This document shows, piece by piece, positions 43,358 to 47,835 of a stretch of 47,835 nucleotides of DNA (the stretch's first letter is position 1; each line of letters starts with the position of its first letter). The translations under genes were made by a program, and so were the position numbers. The notes beneath the pieces were generated by a model. It did no database searches. It was not told the origin of the DNA and was given only the letters and a program-made list of their open reading frames with translations. Location of the stretch: the NCBI GenBank assembly GCA_045535385.1, contig JAZSLN010000096.1, forward strand, positions 1 to 47,835. The letters run 5' to 3'. The stretch is from Eubacteriales bacterium (GTDB taxonomy: Bacteria; Bacillota; Clostridia; Oscillospirales; CAG-382).

Positions 43358-44791
43358 ATGAACAAATTGATTTCCGCTTCACGCGAGGCTTTTTCGAACG
43401 AAGTTAATATACAAACGGCTGCCGCCGCGCGAGTCAAAACCTCGGCATATCTTTCGAAAAGGCTTGATCTGCGCGGAAAAACAACATATTGCTTCGTAAG
43501 CTCGCCCGACGATTATTCACAAACCGCCTTTTCGATCTCGAAGGCAAGAGACGTCTGGACGTTAGGCGTGCATATCGCCGACGTCGACGAATACGTATGC
43601 AGCGGTTCACCCTTGGATAACGAAGCGAGAAAGCGCAGCGCAACCATCAGCGACGGTTTCACAAAAAGCGAAATGCTGCCCGACCGCATCGTTTCGGATA
43701 TTTGCAATCTCTCCAAGGAGGGCGATAAGCTTACATTGTCCGTTTTATTGGACATTGATTCCGAAGGAAACGTCATCGGCGTTCAATGCGAAGAAAGCGT
43801 TATATGCACAGCGGAAAAATGCGTTTACAGCGAGTTAGAGGAGCTGGTTCACGCGCAGGACGCATCGTCGGTTATGCTTCTTCGAAACAAATACACACGT
43901 TTTCTGCCTGATCTGTTCGATATGTACGAGCTTGCGGCGATATTTACGAACAAGCGCCAAAGCCGAAACGTTCCCGATTGGCTCAATTCCAAGCTTGTAT
44001 ACGAACGCTCCGACGAGGGAAAAATATGCTCATACAAGGTCGTTGACGAGCCCGACGTACGCGCGATGGTCAGGGAAGTGGGATATTTCGTTTCCAACGT
44101 AGTCGGAAAATATTTAAGCGACAACAAGTTGCCCGCCATTTACATCGGTCAGGCACCCGGCCCCGAATCGATAATTTCCTATCTTGAAGCTATCCTCGGT
44201 ATTGAACCGAGCTCCGATGACATTGCGGCACGTGCAGTTGAGGTTACCGAGCAGGCTAAGGGCTCGCCGTATTACCGCTTTATCTGCCGTCTTTTAGGCG
44301 GCGGCTTGCCTTGTGCCGAGTTCTCGGACAAGCCGACACCCAACATTCTTTGCGGTACCGACACGGTAGTTTCGTTTTTCCGTCCTGCGACCAATTATAC
44401 CGATCTTTTGACGCTCAGAGCTATCAAAGCGGTTGTAAGAGCAGGCGGAGACATAAAAAATCTTAACGTAAACCGTCATAAGAAAATAGTACGCGAAGCC
44501 GCCGAATCGGCAAACAACGCCGCGAGATATGTTTTTATTGCCGAAAGAAGCTTTATGCTTGAAAGCGCGCTCGAATATCTCGAACACAGCGGAAGAACCC
44601 ATATCGACGGAAATCCGCTCAAGCGCGACGAAAGCGGAAGTATTCCGGTTCTTCTTGCGTGCAGTACCTACGCGGTAGTTCCTGCCGAATACGCCAAGGG
44701 CTTTGAATTTATTGCCGGTGAAATCTACAGTTTTGAGATAATTGCGCTCGGAACCGAGGAAGAACCTACGATAGTTCGGCCGGCTATTTGA
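43358..44791 (+). CDS. RNB (RNase II/R)-domain-like protein lacking CSD and S1 domains, apparently catalytically degenerate
   Basis: RNB landmarks are present: LGVHIADVDEYV (HIADVS-like), RKRSATISDGFTKSEMLPDRIVSDICNL (RGTSVYL....PMLP..LS...CSL-like) and FFRPATNYTDLLTLRAIK (F.SPIRRY.DL..HR-like). The acidic D.DDA cluster reads PDDYSQTAF, and the RRY Arg residues and HR His are replaced. Confidence 0.6.
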   Translation: MNKLISASREAFSNEVNIQTAAAARVKTSAYLSKRLDLRGKTTYCFVSSPDDYSQTAFSISKARDVWTLGVHIADVDEYVCSGSPLDNEARKRSATISDGFTKSEMLPDRIVSDICNLSKEGDKLTLSVLLDIDSEGNVIGVQCEESVICTAEKCVYSELEELVHAQDASSVMLLRNKYTRFLPDLFDMYELAAIFTNKRQSRNVPDWLNSKLVYERSDEGKICSYKVVDEPDVRAMVREVGYFVSNVVGKYLSDNKLPAIYIGQAPGPESIISYLEAILGIEPSSDDIAARAVEVTEQAKGSPYYRFICRLLGGGLPCAEFSDKPTPNILCGTDTVVSFFRPATNYTDLLTLRAIKAVVRAGGDIKNLNVNRHKKIVREAAESANNAARYVFIAERSFMLESALEYLEHSGRTHIDGNPLKRDESGSIPVLLACSTYAVVPAEYAKGFEFIAGEIYSFEIIALGTEEEPTIVRPAI

Positions 44792-44797
44792 GTTGAT

Positions 44798-44813
44798 TGT
44801 TCCACGTGGAACA
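44798..44813. promoter_or_regulatory. parS-type ParB/Spo0J binding site, TGTTCCACGTGGAACA
   Basis: Perfect 16-bp palindrome (20 bp with flanks, 44796-44815). It differs from the Firmicutes parS consensus TGTTNCACGTGAAACA at one position (the A at position 12 is G here). Confidence 0.7.
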
Positions 44814-44832
44814 ATTCGTATACAGCACAAAA

Positions 44833-44848
44833 TGTTTCACGTGAAACA
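44833..44848. promoter_or_regulatory. parS-type ParB/Spo0J binding site, TGTTTCACGTGAAACA (exact consensus)
   Basis: Perfect 16-bp palindrome inside a 24-bp palindrome (44829-44852), followed by a T-run. It could also act as a weak terminator hairpin. Confidence 0.75.
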
Positions 44849-44870
44849 TTTTTTAATGAAAGGCATAAAA

Positions 44871-46331
44871 ATGAAGAAATTTTTTGCATTATTTATCGCG
44901 TTGACTCTGCTTTTGCTTTGCGGATGCGAAAACGTAGCTTACGAGCAATCCGAGCCGAAAGTCGAGGAGAACGAGGATATATATGAAAAGCTGGAGGAAA
45001 AGCTGCCCGAGCTTAATTTAGGCGATAATTCAAACGGCGAAGCTGTTGCGCCTCCGCGTCAGAGCTTCAAAATCGTAACAAACGACGCTTCGGTTTTCTC
45101 GTCAAGCGAGGAAAAGCCGGGCGTTATCAACGCGACGGTTGCAGAGCGTAACGAATTTTTGAAATATAAATACGGCGCAGACGTTGTTGCGATACAAAAA
45201 GAAGAGGCTGTTATAGCCGACGAGCTCAAAAGAGCGATAGAGTCGGGAACGGAATATTGCGATATGCTATCTGTTTCCGCAAAAAAGACGGTCAATCTTT
45301 ATCTGTCGGGATTGCTTTACGATATGAACAAGCTGCCCGATTTCAACCTCGACAGCGGATTTTTCGATAAGGACAACTCAAAAAAGCTTGCAACAAACAA
45401 CAGCCTGTACCTCCTTGCAGACCCGACGAACCTTGTATATAACGAAACCTACGCGATATTTTACAACCGCGATTTGATAGAAAAAGCGGGTGCAGAAAGT
45501 CCCGAAAGCCTTGTAAAACGCGGAAAATGGACCTGGGATAAGTTCCTCGAGATATCCAAGACCGCCGCAAGAGACGTTTACAACAAAACGAGCGCGGACC
45601 TTGCGAACGACGTTTTTGCTTACGGCAACTATTACGGCGAGGGAACCTATCCGCTTGTTATGTGGGCTTCGGCAGGGAAAGGGCTTGTCGGAAACACCTA
45701 CCGCACGCCGGTCGAGCTTTCGATGACACCGGACGAAGCCGAAAATCAGGCGAGAAAGCTCAAAACCTATTACGACACGAAGGGAAGATATCCCAAAGAG
45801 GGCGACGATGCGCTGAAAGCGTTCAGGTCGGGAAGACTTGTCTTCTTCTGTAATAAGCTGGATTACCTCTACGATTTCCGCAACGGCGGAAGCGCAGAAA
45901 GCAAGTTCGGTGTTGTACCGCTTCCTAAATTAGATGAATCGCAGGAGAGATATTATTCGCTCGTCGGCAACGATGCGCGCGTTATGTCTGTGCCGAAGAC
46001 GGTCGAAAAGTATACCGATCAGAGAAAACGGTTTGTTTCGGTCGTTATAAGCGCTATCTGTGCAACAGGCGAAAGCACGGTTTGCAAATCCTACGTCAGC
46101 GCGCATATTTCGCTCTATTTCACCAACAACGACGAGGCTTCCGCATTTAAGGCTATCTGCGAAAGCATTACCTTCGATTTCGCCAACGTTTTCGGAAGCT
46201 CTGTGAGCCAGATACGTCTCGCAACGACCGCAGCGATAAACGACTATATCGACGTCGGCTCCGACGTTTCAAATTCTATCAACCGCGCCAAAGCAGGTTT
46301 CGAGAAATATTGTAAGGATAACTTCAAATAA
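44871..46331 (+). CDS. Lipoprotein, probable ABC-type extracellular solute-binding protein (orphan: no permease genes adjacent)
   Basis: The start MKKFFALFIALTLLLLCGC has a lipobox. Size and composition fit family-1 SBPs, but that assignment is weak. The upstream part of the ORF (44793-44870) translates the parS palindromes and is not coding. Confidence 0.6.
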   Translation: MKKFFALFIALTLLLLCGCENVAYEQSEPKVEENEDIYEKLEEKLPELNLGDNSNGEAVAPPRQSFKIVTNDASVFSSSEEKPGVINATVAERNEFLKYKYGADVVAIQKEEAVIADELKRAIESGTEYCDMLSVSAKKTVNLYLSGLLYDMNKLPDFNLDSGFFDKDNSKKLATNNSLYLLADPTNLVYNETYAIFYNRDLIEKAGAESPESLVKRGKWTWDKFLEISKTAARDVYNKTSADLANDVFAYGNYYGEGTYPLVMWASAGKGLVGNTYRTPVELSMTPDEAENQARKLKTYYDTKGRYPKEGDDALKAFRSGRLVFFCNKLDYLYDFRNGGSAESKFGVVPLPKLDESQERYYSLVGNDARVMSVPKTVEKYTDQRKRFVSVVISAICATGESTVCKSYVSAHISLYFTNNDEASAFKAICESITFDFANVFGSSVSQIRLATTAAINDYIDVGSDVSNSINRAKAGFEKYCKDNFK

Positions 46332-46480
46332 AATACAATATATTGTGATATATATATTATTAAATACATTATATTGTATATATTTGAGGAATAGGCGCAA
46401 GGGTTCAGCAATTTGAAGCCGAAAAATAAAAGAGTAGTTTTATGTATTTACGTTATTAAATCGGCAACCGAAAAAAACAC

Positions 46481-46509
46481 TTGATTTATAACGAGTTTTG
46501 GTATATAAT
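46481..46509 (+). promoter_or_regulatory. SigA-type promoter of pgk (TTGATT-17 nt-TATAAT)
   Basis: -35 at 46481-46486 and -10 at 46504-46509, about 45 nt upstream of the pgk ATG. Confidence 0.55.
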
Positions 46510-46555
46510 TAATTGGATTAAAATTAAATTTTATAAATTTTCAGGAGAATCTAAA

Positions 46556-47761
46556 ATGAACGCAAAAAAGTCTGTTGAAGATCTTCAGGTCGCCGGTAAG
46601 CGCGTCCTCGTCCGTTGCGATTTCAACGTTCCTCTCAAGAACGGTGTGATCACCGACGAAAACCGTATTGTTGCCGCACTTCCCACCATCGAGTGCCTTC
46701 TCGACAAGGGTGCTAAGGTTATCCTTTGCTCGCACCTCGGCAAGCCCAAGGGTGAACCCAAGCCCGAATTTTCGCTCGCTCCCGTTGCAGCACGTCTTTC
46801 CGAAAAGCTCGGTATCGACGTTGTTTTCGCTGCTGATGACTGCGTAGTAGGCGAAAACGCTAAAAAGGCTGTTGCCGAAATGGAAAACGGCGACGTTGTT
46901 CTTCTCCAGAACACCCGTTACCGCGCAGAAGAAACCAAGAACGGCGAAGCTTTCTCCAAGGAGCTCGCTTCTCTTTGCGATATCTTCGTAAACGATGCTT
47001 TCGGCGCGGCTCACAGAGCTCACTGCTCGACTGTCGGCGTTGCTTCCTATGTTGAAGAATCCGCAAACGGTTTCCTTATGTCCAAAGAAATCAAGTTCCT
47101 CGGCGACGCGGTTAACAACCCCGTAAGACCTTTCGTTACCATTCTCGGCGGCGCTAAGGTTGCGGACAAGCTCGCTGTTATCGAAAACCTCCTTACCAAG
47201 GCTGATGCTCTTATCATCGGCGGCGGTATGGCATATACCTTCCTTAAGGCACAGGGCAAGGAAGTCGGTTTGTCTCTCGTTGACGATGAAAAGATCGATT
47301 ACTGCCGTGAAATGCTCGAACGTGCTAAGGCTAACGGTGTTGAGATCCTTCTTCCCGTTGACTGCATGGTAACCAAGGAATTCCCCAACCCCATCGATGC
47401 GCCCGTTGATGCATTCTCTGTTTCCGTTGACGAAATTCCTTCCGATATGGAATCTCTCGACATCGGTCCCAAGACCCGCGAGCTTTATGCAAGCAAGGTC
47501 AAGAAGGCAAAGACCGTTGTTTGGAACGGACCTATGGGCGTTTTCGAAAACCCCATTTTCGCAGAAGGTACTATCGCTGTTGCTAAGGCACTTGCAGAAA
47601 CCGATGCTACCACCATTATCGGCGGCGGCGACTCTACGGCAGCTGTTAACACCCTCGGCTTCGGCGACAAGATGAGCCACATCTCCACCGGCGGCGGTGC
47701 TTCGCTTGAATACCTCGAAGGCAAGGAACTTCCCGGTATCGCGGCAATGACTGATCGCTAA
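46556..47761 (+). CDS. pgk: Phosphoglycerate kinase
   Basis: [43 protein letters not shown] and GGGDS motifs. About 401 aa. Confidence 0.95.
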   Translation: MNAKKSVEDLQVAGKRVLVRCDFNVPLKNGVITDENRIVAALPTIECLLDKGAKVILCSHLGKPKGEPKPEFSLAPVAARLSEKLGIDVVFAADDCVVGENAKKAVAEMENGDVVLLQNTRYRAEETKNGEAFSKELASLCDIFVNDAFGAAHRAHCSTVGVASYVEESANGFLMSKEIKFLGDAVNNPVRPFVTILGGAKVADKLAVIENLLTKADALIIGGGMAYTFLKAQGKEVGLSLVDDEKIDYCREMLERAKANGVEILLPVDCMVTKEFPNPIDAPVDAFSVSVDEIPSDMESLDIGPKTRELYASKVKKAKTVVWNGPMGVFENPIFAEGTIAVAKALAETDATTIIGGGDSTAAVNTLGFGDKMSHISTGGGASLEYLEGKELPGIAAMTDR

Positions 47762-47768
47762 CGCTCTC

Positions 47769-47800
47769 AACCAAAATGACAAGCATTTTGGTTGGATTTT
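47769..47800 (+). terminator. Intrinsic terminator of pgk
   Basis: aaccaaaatg-acaag-cattttggtt followed by ggatttt. Confidence 0.7.
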
Positions 47801-47835
47801 AGATGTCCGTTCGCTCGCGCCGTGCTTTCATCCCA

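Noticed and set aside
46332-46400. AT-rich palindromes (acaatatattgt; tacattatattgta) upstream of pgk as a possible CggR-type operator.
   Set aside because: They do not match the CggR direct-repeat operator I know. They lie more than 100 nt upstream of the predicted pgk promoter, directly after the upstream gene's stop codon. They are more likely a weak terminator or AT-rich spacer.

Overview
This 47.8 kb window looks like chromosomal DNA from a spore-forming, dockerin-using Clostridia bacterium (Oscillospiraceae/Ruminococcaceae-like). That call rests on spoIID plus a spoIIQ-like gene, a CotJC-type Mn-catalase fragment and two dockerin proteins. Most genes are housekeeping: CDF transporter, ybaK, yerC-methyltransferase-metF-metH, an AIM24-like gene, marR plus a two-gene ABC exporter, patatin, mrp, an M29 aminopeptidase, yajC, ymdB, rny, nifS-thiI and pgk. 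Features that stand out:

1. The left edge is the end of an integrated element. A large serine recombinase gene stops 13 nt before a 3' fragment of a CotJC/Mn-catalase gene. A second, shorter copy of that gene's 3' end lies about 510 bp further on.
2. A 2,483-aa secreted protein combines at least 5 CBM9-like modules, a G/N/Q linker, a DUF4127-like domain and a C-terminal discoidin-like domain.
3. Two convergent dockerin proteins are not glycoside hydrolases. One has a C39-like peptidase domain, a PPC-repeat array and a near-identical 294-bp tandem duplication, with visibly lower GC than its neighbours. The other has a DUF5050-like region, a Cys-rich putative hydrolase region and SH3b.
4. Two perfect palindromic parS-type sites lie 35 bp apart in one intergenic region.
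5. A modular hairpin-rich repeat family fills at least 4 intergenic regions. It includes a 1.3 kb gene-free block, a 247-nt element with nested long-range helices, and REP-like hairpins with a compensatory stem change.
6. An RNB (RNase II/R)-like protein appears to lack the catalytic acidic and Arg residues.

I found no CRISPR array, tRNA/rRNA gene, reverse transcriptase or recognisable defence operon. All family assignments come from motif recognition by eye and need HMM or BLAST confirmation.
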